Below, piece after piece: positions 17,843 to 27,418 of a DNA stretch of 46,475 nucleotides. The notes beneath the pieces were generated by a model. The model saw only the letters and a program-made list of their open reading frames with translations. It did not search any database and was not told the DNA's origin. The position numbers and the translations under genes were made by a program. Within the stretch, counting starts at the first letter, position 1. Every line of letters starts with the position of its first letter. The stretch is from Myxococcota bacterium (GTDB lineage Bacteria > Myxococcota_A > UBA9160 > UBA4427), in assembly GCA_036336835.1 (NCBI GenBank), contig JAYZFK010000096.1, positions 1 to 46,475 on the forward strand, written 5' to 3'.

Positions 17843-18961
17843 TCAGACGGCGGCCTCGACGAGGGTCTTGCCGACCAGGCGACCCAGGCGCTCGTCCACG
17901 GGATCGACCCCGAGACCCGCCGACCGCGGCAGCCACAGGCGCCCGCCAGCCAGACGCCACGGCTCGGCGAGATCGTCGGCGAGCCAGGCGGCCGTCGCCA
18001 GGCCACATGCTGGCAGGGGCTGCGGCAGCGACGCGGCCAGCTGTGCCGCGGCCGCAATGCCCAGCGTCGAATCGAGGAACGAGCTGACGACGACCCGCAC
18101 GCCCGACTCCTGCGCCGTGCGAGCCACTTCGCGCGCACGCGCCGGACCGCCGAGCGTCGGGAGCTTGATCACCAGCGCATCGATCGCGTCCGCGGCCAGC
18201 AGGGCGCGGACAGCCGAGGGCGAGCTGGCCGATTCGTCGGCGGCAATCTTCAGGCCGCCCTCGACGCGCAGCCGCGCCAGCGCGGCGGGATCACCGGGGG
18301 CGATCGGCTGCTCGATCCACTCGACCGCGAGCTGCGAGAGCTCCCGCAGTGCGGGCAGCGCCTCGCTCTCGCTCCACGCTCCGTTGGCATCCAGCCGGAT
18401 CCGGACCGGCTGCGGTGCCGCGCGACGGACCGCGCCCACGCAGGCGATATCCGCCGCGAGCGCCTGGGCGCCCACCTTGAGCTTGAGCGTCTGGTAGCCG
18501 GCCGCGACCGCGGCAGCGACCTCGCGCTCGAGCCCCGCCGGCGTCCTCTCGGCGAGCAGGAGGTTGACCGGCAACGACTCGGGCTCGCTCTCGCCGCCGA
18601 GCACACGGGACAGCGGGCACGAGCGTCGGCGCGCGAGCCCGTCGAGCGCCGCGGTCTCCAGCGCGGCGCGGGCGACCGGGGCTCGCGCAGTCGCCCGCTC
18701 GGCGCCGGCCGGGAGCCGGCCGTCCCGGGCTGCGTCGCCGAGCAGCAGCGGCGCTGCCGCCGCCAGCGCCTCGGCGCACTCGGCTGGACCCTCGCCGCCG
18801 AACGCGGGAAGCGGCAGGGCTTCCCCGAAGCCGCGCGTACCGCGCTCGTCCTCGATCTCGACGAGCCAGCCGGAACGCCGAGCGATCTCGCCGAACGCGG
18901 TGCGCAGCGGGCGGATGAGTGGGAGTGCGAACGCGCGGACGCAGACCCGCGCGATCGTCAC
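17843..18961 (-). CDS. menC: o-Succinylbenzoate synthase
   Basis: Enolase superfamily TLKLKVG, RLDANGAW, IEQP, ADES, VIKLP; last gene of the men operon; GTGA overlap. Confidence 0.88.
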   Translation of the reverse strand: MTIARVCVRAFALPLIRPLRTAFGEIARRSGWLVEIEDERGTRGFGEALPLPAFGGEGPAECAEALAAAAPLLLGDAARDGRLPAGAERATARAPVARAALETAALDGLARRRSCPLSRVLGGESEPESLPVNLLLAERTPAGLEREVAAAVAAGYQTLKLKVGAQALAADIACVGAVRRAAPQPVRIRLDANGAWSESEALPALRELSQLAVEWIEQPIAPGDPAALARLRVEGGLKIAADESASSPSAVRALLAADAIDALVIKLPTLGGPARAREVARTAQESGVRVVVSSFLDSTLGIAAAAQLAASLPQPLPACGLATAAWLADDLAEPWRLAGGRLWLPRSAGLGVDPVDERLGRLVGKTLVEAAV

Positions 18962-19869
18962 AGCGCGTATCCGACCGCCAGCAGCAGCGAGAACACCAGA
19001 CCCAGCTGCGCGGTCGAGGCCAGCACGGGGTTGAGTTCGCCACCGGCAGCACCGCCGATCACGCTCGACAGCAGGCGTCGGGCAAGCGGCAGCGTCAGCC
19101 ACGGCAACAGCACCCACGCCGTCCGTCCACCCAGGATCGCGTAGCCGGGCAGCACGCCATAGGCGAGCAGCAGGAGCAGCGCGTACTCGGCCCGCGCCGC
19201 GCGCCGGCCGAGCCGGACGGCGAGCGTTCGCTTGCCGGCAATCCGATCGGTGTCGACGTCGCGCAGGTTGTTGACGACGAGCACCGCGGTGGCGAGCAGA
19301 CCGACGGGGACCGAGGCACCGAGCGCCGCACTCGAGAAGCGCAGCGACTGCACGTACTCGCTCCCGACCACCGCAACCACGCCGAAGAACACGAACACCG
19401 CGAGATCGCCGAGCCCGTGGTAGCCGAGCGGATAGGGTCCGCCGGTGTAGGCGACTGCAGCGGCGATCGACACCACCCCGATCGCGATCACCGGCCAGCC
19501 GGCGACCGACGTCAGGTAGAGGCCGACGCCCGCCGCCAGCGCGAAGACCAGCAGCATGCCGCGCTTCAGCTGCGCGGGCTCGAGCAGACCGAGCTGGACG
19601 GCTCGCGGCGGGCCCAGGCGATCGTCGGTGTCGGCCCCCTTCTCGCTGTCGTAGACGTCGTTGGCGAAGTTGCAGCCGATCTGGAGCAGCAGCGCACCCA
19701 CCAGCGCCGCGGCGGCCGGCAGCCAGGCGGACTGGCCGCCCGCGGACGCCACCGCCGTGCCCACCGCGACGGGCCCGATCGCAACGGCGAGTGTCCTGGG
19801 ACGGATCGCCAGCAGCCACGCGTTCCGAGCGACGCGAGCCGGGGCTTCGGCCGGGATCGACGGGTTCAC
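18958..19869 (-). CDS. menA: 1,4-dihydroxy-2-naphthoate polyprenyltransferase
   Basis: AIRPRTL, NFANDVYDSEKGADTDDRLGP, YTGGPYPLGYHGLGD, VNNLRDVDTD. Confidence 0.95.
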   Translation of the reverse strand: MNPSIPAEAPARVARNAWLLAIRPRTLAVAIGPVAVGTAVASAGGQSAWLPAAAALVGALLLQIGCNFANDVYDSEKGADTDDRLGPPRAVQLGLLEPAQLKRGMLLVFALAAGVGLYLTSVAGWPVIAIGVVSIAAAVAYTGGPYPLGYHGLGDLAVFVFFGVVAVVGSEYVQSLRFSSAALGASVPVGLLATAVLVVNNLRDVDTDRIAGKRTLAVRLGRRAARAEYALLLLLAYGVLPGYAILGGRTAWVLLPWLTLPLARRLLSSVIGGAAGGELNPVLASTAQLGLVFSLLLAVGYAL

Positions 19870-20693
19870 GCGGGCTGCTCCCGCGCGAAGAAGCGCGATG
19901 CCACTCGCGCGAATGCGGCGGGGTTCTCGAGGTGGGCGGCGTGACCCGCCTCGGCGATGCGCTCGACGCGTGCATCGCGAAGCTCCGCAGCCAGCTCGCG
20001 CGCGATCGACTCGAACTTCGCGTCCTCGTCGCCCACGACCAGGCAGACCGGCGCGCGCACTTGCCCGAGCCTCGCGTGCAGGGGCTCCTGCGCGCCGCTG
20101 CCCATGCCGCGCAGGCTGTTGGCGAGGGCGTGCGGCGCATTGCGAAGTCGCTGAGCCCGCGCGGCCTCGAGCGCGGCGTCGCCGAGCCGCTTCTGGCTCG
20201 CGAACAGCGGCAGCGCCATCCAGTGGTCGACGAAGGCCTCGGTGCCGTCGCGCTCGATCTCCGCGGCCAGGGCTTCGTCGGCGGCGATGCGCTGCGCCCG
20301 CGCGGCGGGATCGCCCACGCCCGCGCTCGCGCCAACCAGCAGCAGCCGCTCGACGCGCTCCGGGCAGGCGACCGCGAAGGCGAGCGCGGCGCGCCCCCCC
20401 ATCGAGTAGCCGAGCCAGTGCGCGCGTTCGATCCCGAGTCGATCGACCAGTCTGTCGAGCTGCTCCACGCAGTCCGGCATGGCATAACGAGCGGGCTCGC
20501 GCGGCGCGGCGCTCGCGCCGTGACCCACGAGATCAACCGACAGCGTCCGATAGTGCTGCGCGAGACGCTCGGCAACACACGCCATGCTGGCGGCACAGCC
20601 CGTGAAGCCGTGAAGGATCACGACGGGCTCGCCGGCGCCGCGCTCCTCGACAGCGAGCTCGAGGCCGCCAACGTCGACTCGCCGGGTGTTCAT
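19866..20693 (-). CDS. menH: SHCHC synthase (alpha/beta hydrolase)
   Basis: LHGFTG, GYSMGGR, VGDEDAKF, AGHAAHLENP; located between menD and menA. Confidence 0.9.
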   Translation of the reverse strand: MNTRRVDVGGLELAVEERGAGEPVVILHGFTGCAASMACVAERLAQHYRTLSVDLVGHGASAAPREPARYAMPDCVEQLDRLVDRLGIERAHWLGYSMGGRAALAFAVACPERVERLLLVGASAGVGDPAARAQRIAADEALAAEIERDGTEAFVDHWMALPLFASQKRLGDAALEAARAQRLRNAPHALANSLRGMGSGAQEPLHARLGQVRAPVCLVVGDEDAKFESIARELAAELRDARVERIAEAGHAAHLENPAAFARVASRFFAREQPA

Positions 20694-22522
20694 CACGCCT
20701 GGCCGGCGTCGAGCTCGAGCCGAGCGAGCTGCGCCCGCACCGCGGCGTCGATCTCCCGGTGCTGCGCGAGGTTCGCGGCCGCGTCGATCGACACCGCGAC
20801 GATCGTCAGCCCGCCGCGCTGGAAGCTCGTCGCGAGAGAACTGCGAAGCGCGTCGACTCCGTCGACCCGCGCGTAGTGCGCTCCCGCGAGCTCGGCCGCC
20901 GCGCGCAGATCGACGCCGTGTGGGGTGCGGAACAGGGCTTCGAAGCGCACCGCCTCGCCGTGGGCGGCGATCGGCAGGTGCGAGAAGATCCCGCCTCCGT
21001 CGTCGTCGAGCACGACGATGGTGGCCGAGAGCGCGTGACGCCGCGCAGCAAGCAGCCCCCCGACGTCGTGCAGGAAGGAGAGGTCCCCCGTGAGCAGCAC
21101 GCCGTGCCGCCCACTGGCGGCCGCCGCGCCGAGCGCGCTCGACGTGACGCCGTCGATGCCGCTCGCCCCGCGGCTCGAGAGCACTCGCCGCGGACGAGAC
21201 TCGCAGGGCCAGAAAGCATCGACATCGCGCACGGCCATGCTGTTCGAGACGTAGAGCCATGCCTCGGGTGGCAACGCCGCCGCAACCTCGCCGACGACAC
21301 GCGGCGCGAGCAGCGTCTTGTCGGCATCGAGCAGCCCGCCGATCGCGGCCTCGGCCGCCTGCTCGGCGGCGAGGAAGTCCTCCAGCCAGCGACTCTGCCT
21401 CGGCGGCGGGCCCGCGAGTCGAGCCGCGACGGCGCGGCAGAGCGAGGCCGGCTCGGCCTCGAGCCAGCGGGTGGTGAGCGCGCCCGGGTCGTTCCAGACG
21501 CGGTCGGGATCGACCAGCACGAGCTCGCGCGGCGGCCGCTCCTCGAGCCAGCGCCGCTGCGATTTGCTGGTCGGCGAGCGGCCGATCCGCACCACCACCT
21601 CGGGGCAGTGGGCGGCGCAGAAGCGTTCGTCGCGCAAGAACAGATCGGAACGCGCCAGGACCGGGCCCTCACCGACGCGGGTGCCGGAGGTCGGCTCGGC
21701 CAGCACCGGCCAGCCGGAGACGCGCGCGAGCTCGAGGACCGCTGCCGCCAGATCCTCTGGCGCATCGTTGGGGCCGCAGGCGATTACGCCCCGCTCGTGG
21801 GATCTCACGAGCGCCGCCAGCGCCGCGACGGCGTCGTCGGTCGGGACGCGCATCGAGGGAACGAGCGCAGGACCCGCGGTGTGCAAGCCGTCGCACGCCG
21901 CATCGACCAGCTCGCCGATGTCGCTCGGCGGGTCGAGCGGCTCGCGAAAGCTCCAGTTCATGTGCACGGCGCCGCGGGGTCGACCGAGCGCCTCGGCGAC
22001 GGCGCGGGCGGCGAGCGAGCGCGCGTGTCGCACCGGCGGCCCGCTGCTGTCCGGAATCCCGACCTCGTGGAACCAGCGAACGTTCGCGCCATACAGGCCC
22101 ACCTGCTCGATCGTCTGCCCGGCGCCGCGATCGCGCAGCTCGTGCGGGCGGTCGGCGGTCAGTACGACAAGCGGAACGCCCGCATAGCGCGCCTCGACGA
22201 TCGCCGGCAGATAGTTCGCCGCAGCGGTGCCCGACGTGCAGACGAGCGCCACCGGCTCGCGCAGGGTCTTCGCCATGCCGAGGGCAAAGAATGCCGCCGA
22301 GCGTTCGTCGAGATGGATCCAGCTGCGAAGCAACCCGCGGTCCTCCAGCAGCGCGGTCACGACGGCGAGCGGAGCCGAGCGGGAGCCGGGTGACACACAA
22401 ACGTGTCGAACGCCCGCGTACGACAGTGCGCCGAGGAACGCGAGTACCGTCGCGTAGCTGGAACGACGCCGCGCCTCGAGAAGCAGCTCCTCGTCCGTCT
22501 GGGACTGGTCGCTGGGCTCCAT
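20693..22522 (-). CDS. menD: SEPHCHC synthase (ThDP-dependent)
   Basis: SPGSRSAPL, LDERSAAFFALG, TSGTAAANY, TADRP, RGASGIDG, GDLSFLHD, GGGIF. Confidence 0.95.
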   Translation of the reverse strand: MEPSDQSQTDEELLLEARRRSSYATVLAFLGALSYAGVRHVCVSPGSRSAPLAVVTALLEDRGLLRSWIHLDERSAAFFALGMAKTLREPVALVCTSGTAAANYLPAIVEARYAGVPLVVLTADRPHELRDRGAGQTIEQVGLYGANVRWFHEVGIPDSSGPPVRHARSLAARAVAEALGRPRGAVHMNWSFREPLDPPSDIGELVDAACDGLHTAGPALVPSMRVPTDDAVAALAALVRSHERGVIACGPNDAPEDLAAAVLELARVSGWPVLAEPTSGTRVGEGPVLARSDLFLRDERFCAAHCPEVVVRIGRSPTSKSQRRWLEERPPRELVLVDPDRVWNDPGALTTRWLEAEPASLCRAVAARLAGPPPRQSRWLEDFLAAEQAAEAAIGGLLDADKTLLAPRVVGEVAAALPPEAWLYVSNSMAVRDVDAFWPCESRPRRVLSSRGASGIDGVTSSALGAAAASGRHGVLLTGDLSFLHDVGGLLAARRHALSATIVVLDDDGGGIFSHLPIAAHGEAVRFEALFRTPHGVDLRAAAELAGAHYARVDGVDALRSSLATSFQRGGLTIVAVSIDAAANLAQHREIDAAVRAQLARLELDAGQA

Positions 22523-22526
22523 CTCG

Positions 22527-23939
22527 TCAGATCTCCGTCAGCTGCGAGAGCAGCGCCCGCAGCTTGAGCCGTGTCTCGGCGAGCTCGGCTTCGGGCTGCG
22601 AGGCGTCGACGAGCCCCGCGCCGGCGTAGAGCCGGGCGGAGCAGCCATGCAACAGACCGGAGCGCAGTGACACGGCGAGCTCGCCACTGCCGCGGGCGTC
22701 GACGTAGCCCACCCCGCCCGCATACCAGCCGCGTTCGAGCTGCTCGTGCTCGCGCAGCCAGTCGGCCGCGCACTCGCGCGGGCTGCCGCACACCGCGGGC
22801 GTCGGATGCAACCGCGCCGCCAGATCGAACAGGTGCGGGCGCGGATCGAGCCCGTCGCGCAGGCGCGCCACGAATGGCGTCTCCAGGTGCTGGATGCCGT
22901 CGAGCGTCAGCAGATCGGGTGCCTCGGGGAACGCGATGCGCTCGCACAGCGGCTCGAGGGCGGCCGCGATCTCGCGCGCGACAAAGGCGTGCTCCTCCTG
23001 CTCCTTCTTGCTCTCGCGCAGCGAGCGGGCGAAGCGCTCGTCCTCCTCGGGGCTGCGCCCGCGCGGCGCCGAGCCGGCGAGTGCGGAGGTCGACAACTGG
23101 TCGCCCGAAAGCCGGACGAGTCGCTCGGGTGAGGCGCCGAGAAAGCTTCGCTCGCCGCGCGTCACGGCGAAGGTGGTGCACGAGCGCTCGACCGCCCGCA
23201 GCGCGGCGAGCACCGCGACGATGTCGTAGGCGACGTCGCTCTCGACGCCGAGCGAGCGCGCCAGGACGACCTTCTGGAAGTCGCCGCGCCGGATCGCGTC
23301 GACGGCCGCCTCCACCTGCTCGAGCCAGCGGGCGTGTGGCCTGTCGGGGCGGGCGCAGTACTCGCTCGCCGTGGCCGGTGGATGGTGCAGCACCGCATCG
23401 CCGTCGGGTGCGGCGAGAGCCGCAGCACAGGACTCGGCGCTCGAGAGCAACCGATCGGCCGCGGCCCGCGGCGCGCCGCCGACCGGTCGGGCAACGGTGA
23501 GCCAGGCCCGCGCGCCGTCGCGAACGTAGAGCAGCTCGGGCAGCACGAACGAGAGCGGCGAGAAGTCCCGCCACGCGCTGCTCGACGATGCGGCCGCTTC
23601 CGACTCGAACGCGAAGCCGCCGACCAGCAGCGGTCCGGCCGAGGCAGGGGCGGGCTCGCCGGCGAGCGCGAGCGCGCCGAACAGCGCGCGACTCGACTCC
23701 GCAGCGAGCTCGAAACGCGCGGGGCCGCGCGCCTCGACCCGGTGCACCGCACCGACCGCGCAGAGGGCGAAGTCCGCGCTCGGCTGCTCCCAGTAGAAGC
23801 GGTCCTCACCCGGCCGCGATTCGAACAGGCGAAGCGCCGTGCCCGGGCGGGCGTCGACGCGAAGCCGGAGCGCCAGCGTCCCACCGGGCATCGCCCGCTG
23901 GAGCAGCTCGTCGCGCGCGGCAGCGGCCGATTGCGTCAC
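22527..23939 (-). CDS. menF: Isochorismate synthase
   Basis: KVVLAR, FLGASPERL, ALAGS, KEQEEH, HPTPAVCG, RGWYAG, YAGAGLV, ETRLK. Confidence 0.93.
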   Translation of the reverse strand: MTQSAAAARDELLQRAMPGGTLALRLRVDARPGTALRLFESRPGEDRFYWEQPSADFALCAVGAVHRVEARGPARFELAAESSRALFGALALAGEPAPASAGPLLVGGFAFESEAAASSSSAWRDFSPLSFVLPELLYVRDGARAWLTVARPVGGAPRAAADRLLSSAESCAAALAAPDGDAVLHHPPATASEYCARPDRPHARWLEQVEAAVDAIRRGDFQKVVLARSLGVESDVAYDIVAVLAALRAVERSCTTFAVTRGERSFLGASPERLVRLSGDQLSTSALAGSAPRGRSPEEDERFARSLRESKKEQEEHAFVAREIAAALEPLCERIAFPEAPDLLTLDGIQHLETPFVARLRDGLDPRPHLFDLAARLHPTPAVCGSPRECAADWLREHEQLERGWYAGGVGYVDARGSGELAVSLRSGLLHGCSARLYAGAGLVDASQPEAELAETRLKLRALLSQLTEI

Positions 23940-24667
23940 GACGCCGCGCCTCCCGGCGCCCGTACACCGATCAGGATCTGGGCAGCGCCCAGCATCAGGC
24001 TGTGCTTCGCCATCTGCTCGAAGCCTGCCTTCGAGAGCATGGCCAGTAGGTCACCGGCCTCGGGCAGATAGGCCGTCGACTGGGGCAGGTAGCGATAGGC
24101 CTCGCGGTCCGAGACGAGTCCGCCGATCCACGGCACCACGCGGTCGAAGTACAGAGAATGAGCGAAGCGCACCAATCGGTTGGCCGGGCGATCGACCTCG
24201 ATCAGCGCGATCCGGCCGCCCGGCACGAGGACACGCGCCATCTCGGCGAACACCGGGCCGAGCGCGACGAAGTTGCGAAGCGCAAAGCCGCAGGTCACGA
24301 CACTGACACTCCGGTCGGCGATCGGCAGCTGGGCGGCGTCTCCCTGGACGAAGGCGGCCTCCACGCCGCGCGCGCGCGCGCCGACGAGCATCTGTCGCGC
24401 GAAGTCGGCGCCGATCGGCTCGGCACCGAGCGACCGCGTGTGCTCGCACAGGTCGCCCGTGCCACACGCGAGATCGAGCACGCGGTCAGCTGGACCGACG
24501 CGAGCGAGCGACAAGGCGCGCTGCCGCCAGCGCTGATCCATGCCGCCGCTGATCACGCGGTTCAGCAGGTCGTAGCGGGGAGCGATGCGATCGAACATCG
24601 ACCGCACGCGCGCGCGCTTCTCTCCGTCGGGAGGCAGCGCGTCGCCGCGCGACGTCAGCTGCGCCAC
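23936..24667 (-). CDS. menG: Demethylmenaquinone methyltransferase (UbiE/MenG)
   Basis: MFDRIAPRYDLLNRVISGGMDQRWR, VLDLACGTGD, GFALRN, AYRYLPQS. Confidence 0.92.
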   Translation of the reverse strand: MAQLTSRGDALPPDGEKRARVRSMFDRIAPRYDLLNRVISGGMDQRWRQRALSLARVGPADRVLDLACGTGDLCEHTRSLGAEPIGADFARQMLVGARARGVEAAFVQGDAAQLPIADRSVSVVTCGFALRNFVALGPVFAEMARVLVPGGRIALIEVDRPANRLVRFAHSLYFDRVVPWIGGLVSDREAYRYLPQSTAYLPEAGDLLAMLSKAGFEQMAKHSLMLGAAQILIGVRAPGGAAS

Positions 24668-25419
24668 GAAACCTCCAGGTGTGCCGCGCGGGTCGCCTCG
24701 AGCGCGCGTTCGAGCGCCTCGCGGTTGCCCGCACCGCGCAGTCGCTCGAGCGCGCGATTGATCAGGGTGCGTTGGAAGTGGAGCGCGACCAGGCGCGCCA
24801 CCTGCGGCAACAAGCTGCGGAAGGCGTCGGCGACCGCGTCCCCGGAAGCCTCGCCCTCACCGGCCGGCTCGATCACGTGCTCGTCGAACAGCTCGATGGC
24901 CCGGTCGGCAATGCCCTCCACGTTCGCCGAGTGATCGACCGCGAGAGCCAGCAGCTCCTGCAGCGGTAGCCCGCGTCCCAGGATCGCCAGGCCCGCCCGC
25001 GCCATCTCGGCGTCCGCGCGCGTGAATCGCTCTTCGTCAGCGACCACGATCGGCTCGATCAGGCCCGCGGCGCACGCAGCACCGAGCACTGCATCGGGCA
25101 CCTGGGATTCGGCCGCCAGCTCGGCCCGCGAGAGCGTGCGTTCGCCAACCGTCTCGGCAACCAGCGCGGCCAGCAGGACTTCGCCACGGGTGCGGGAATC
25201 GCCCTGCTCCGACTCCAGGAGGCGCCCGATCTGCGCGAGCGTAAAGCCGTCGCCGATCAGCTCGCGCACTCGGCGGAGCCGCTCGAGGTGCGACTCCCCA
25301 TAGATCGCGAGCCGACCCTCGCGCCGCGGCGCCGGCAGCAGCCCCTTGCCCTGGTAGAACCGGACGGTATCGACGCGCACACCCGCCGCCGCCGCCAGCT
25401 CCTCGACCCGATATTCCAT
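24655..25419 (-). CDS. MerR-family regulator with two HTH-like modules
   Basis: YRVEELAAAAGVRVDTVRFYQGKGLLPAPRREGRLAIY; second module LSRAELAAESQV...AGLIEP; overlaps the menG start. Confidence 0.9.
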   Translation of the reverse strand: MEYRVEELAAAAGVRVDTVRFYQGKGLLPAPRREGRLAIYGESHLERLRRVRELIGDGFTLAQIGRLLESEQGDSRTRGEVLLAALVAETVGERTLSRAELAAESQVPDAVLGAACAAGLIEPIVVADEERFTRADAEMARAGLAILGRGLPLQELLALAVDHSANVEGIADRAIELFDEHVIEPAGEGEASGDAVADAFRSLLPQVARLVALHFQRTLINRALERLRGAGNREALERALEATRAAHLEVSWRS

Positions 25420-25456
25420 GGGCAGCTATTCTAAGAGTAATGACTCAAAAAGTCTA
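25420..25456 (-). promoter_or_regulatory. sigma70-type promoter of the merR-men operon with a dyad in the spacer
   Basis: Minus strand TAGACT-17 nt-TAGAAT-8 nt-ATG; the spacer contains GAGTCATTACTC (25435-25446). Confidence 0.7.
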
Positions 25457-25494
25457 ACTACACGAATATAGAGGGTTTTACGGATTCTCCCCGG

Positions 25495-26601
25495 TCAGCT
25501 CGGCAGTCCGAAAAGGCGCTGTCCGTTGCTGCCGAGCAGCCGCGCGCGCGAGCTCTCGGACAACCCGGCGAGCGAGCGGAGCGTCACGTCGAGCGCGCCG
25601 GGAAACTGCGCATCCGGGTGCGGGTAGTCCGACGCCCAGACCACGCACTCGTCCCCCACCTGCTCGACCACCATCGGCGCGATCACGTCGTCCGGATCGC
25701 AGGCCACGAAGCACTGCCGCCGGAAGGACTCGGAGGGCTTGATCGTCAGCGCCGGGAAGTAGGAGCGCCAGGTCTCGAAGTGGCTGTCGATTCGGTCCAG
25801 CCAGTAGGGCAGCCAGCCACAGCCGGACTCGAGGAACGCGAAGCGAAGCCCCGGGTGCCGCTCGAGGATGCCCGATTGCAGAACGCCCAGGCACGCGGCC
25901 ATCTGTTCGAAGGAATGGGAGCACACGTGCAGCGAGATCGGGTTCTCGAAGCGATCGCGCCCGAGCGTCGGCAGCGAGTCCGAAAGACCCTCGTGCACCG
26001 TGATCGCCACGCCCAGCGACTCGGCGCACTGCCAGAACGGCTCGTAGGCGGGGTGCTGGATCGGCCGGCCCGCATAGGGATTGGGTCGGAAGAACGCCCC
26101 CCGGAAGCCGTGTGACTCGGCGCAGCGTTCGAGCTCGGTGACCGACGCGGCAACGTCCTGGAGCGGCAGCAGCGCGACACCGAAGAGCCGATCGGGAGCG
26201 GTGGCACAGTAGTCGGCGAGCCAGTCGTTGTACGCCCGACACAGCGCGGCATCCAGCTCCGGATCGGCCACCTCGCAGACGAAGAACGACATCGACGGGA
26301 ACAGCACCGCCAGGTCGATGCCCTCGGAATCCATGTCCTGCAGCCGTACCTTCGGGTCCCAGCCGCCCGTGCGCGCGCCGATCTCTTCGAGCGACGCCTG
26401 CTCGACGCGGGCGCTGACCTCGGCGGCGATCCGCCCAGTCAGCCCATCGCCGATCCGCTGCGCAGACTTCCCGTGCTCGTCGACCACGAAACGAGGTGCC
26501 CGCTCCCGGAAGCGTGGCTCCAGGTACTGGGCCCACACCTCGGGCCGCTCGATCACATGTCCGTCCGAATCGACCACCAGACACCCGGCGCGCTCGCTCA
26601 T
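25495..26601 (-). CDS. Amidohydrolase_2 family protein
   Basis: VVDSDGHVIE, DMDSEGID, YNDW, ITVHE, FLESGCGW, WASDYPHPD. Confidence 0.9.
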   Translation of the reverse strand: MSERAGCLVVDSDGHVIERPEVWAQYLEPRFRERAPRFVVDEHGKSAQRIGDGLTGRIAAEVSARVEQASLEEIGARTGGWDPKVRLQDMDSEGIDLAVLFPSMSFFVCEVADPELDAALCRAYNDWLADYCATAPDRLFGVALLPLQDVAASVTELERCAESHGFRGAFFRPNPYAGRPIQHPAYEPFWQCAESLGVAITVHEGLSDSLPTLGRDRFENPISLHVCSHSFEQMAACLGVLQSGILERHPGLRFAFLESGCGWLPYWLDRIDSHFETWRSYFPALTIKPSESFRRQCFVACDPDDVIAPMVVEQVGDECVVWASDYPHPDAQFPGALDVTLRSLAGLSESSRARLLGSNGQRLFGLPS

Positions 26602-26677
26602 CGCAGAACCTCGCGACCCGGGAGCCCGGGTCCCTTGCGAAGCGGGAGGCCGGGGCGGGGTCGAAAGGATCGATTAT

Positions 26678-27418
26678 TCAGCGCGGGCCCGATTCGGGCA
26701 AACCCTCGACCAGGCGGGCGAAGCGGCCGAGCAGCGTGGCGCCGGCCGGGGTCGCCCGGGCTGCGGCGAGGAGCGCGTCCGCGTCGAGGCCCTCTTCGGC
26801 GAGGATCGCACGCCGCGCGTGGAGATAGGCACGCATGACGTCGTCGTCGAACTCCGGGTGGAACTGGACTCCCCAGATCCGACGCGGCCTGCCCGCGAGC
26901 GCGAAGGCGTGGTTGGGATCGGCGGCATTGCTCGCCAGTCGGATGGATCGAGGCGGCAGGCGCAGCACCGATTCGACGTGAGTGGCATTGAACAGACAGC
27001 GCGGGCCGAGACCGTCGAGCAGGCGATCGCCGCTGGCGGCGCTCAGATCGACCTCGACGGTGCCGATCTCGCGACCGCGCGGGTTGGTGCCGACCTCTCC
27101 GCCCAGCGCGTGTGCCAGCAGCTGATGCCCGTAGCAGACACCGAGGATCGGCACCTCGGCCCTCACCGCGCCGCGCAGCCAGGCGGCGGTGCGTTCGCTC
27201 CAGGGCTCGCGCTCGCTCACCATCGCACTCGAGCCGGTGATCACGATGCCCCCCACACGATCCGGCCGCGGCAGTGCCTCGCCCTCGTGCGCGGCCACGA
27301 CCTCGAGTGGCATGCGCTCGAGCTCGAGGCCGTCCTCGAACCACTGCTCGTAATCGCCCCGGCGCTCGCGCAGCTCGGGCAGCGTCGTCCCGGTCTTCAC
27401 GACGAGCAGCGGCTTCAC
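26678..27418 (-). CDS. Class I glutamine amidotransferase-like protein
   Basis: ITGSS, GVCYGHQL, GVQFHPEF (Cys-His-Glu triad). Confidence 0.88.
   Translation of the reverse strand: MKPLLVVKTGTTLPELRERRGDYEQWFEDGLELERMPLEVVAAHEGEALPRPDRVGGIVITGSSAMVSEREPWSERTAAWLRGAVRAEVPILGVCYGHQLLAHALGGEVGTNPRGREIGTVEVDLSAASGDRLLDGLGPRCLFNATHVESVLRLPPRSIRLASNAADPNHAFALAGRPRRIWGVQFHPEFDDDVMRAYLHARRAILAEEGLDADALLAAARATPAGATLLGRFARLVEGLPESGPR

Noticed and set aside
17843..20596. Apparent 917-aa MenC fusion (similarly 12328..14448, 29936..31870, 31006..32709, 42252..43913)
   Set aside because: Longest-ORF over-extension across neighbouring genes; the real starts are internal
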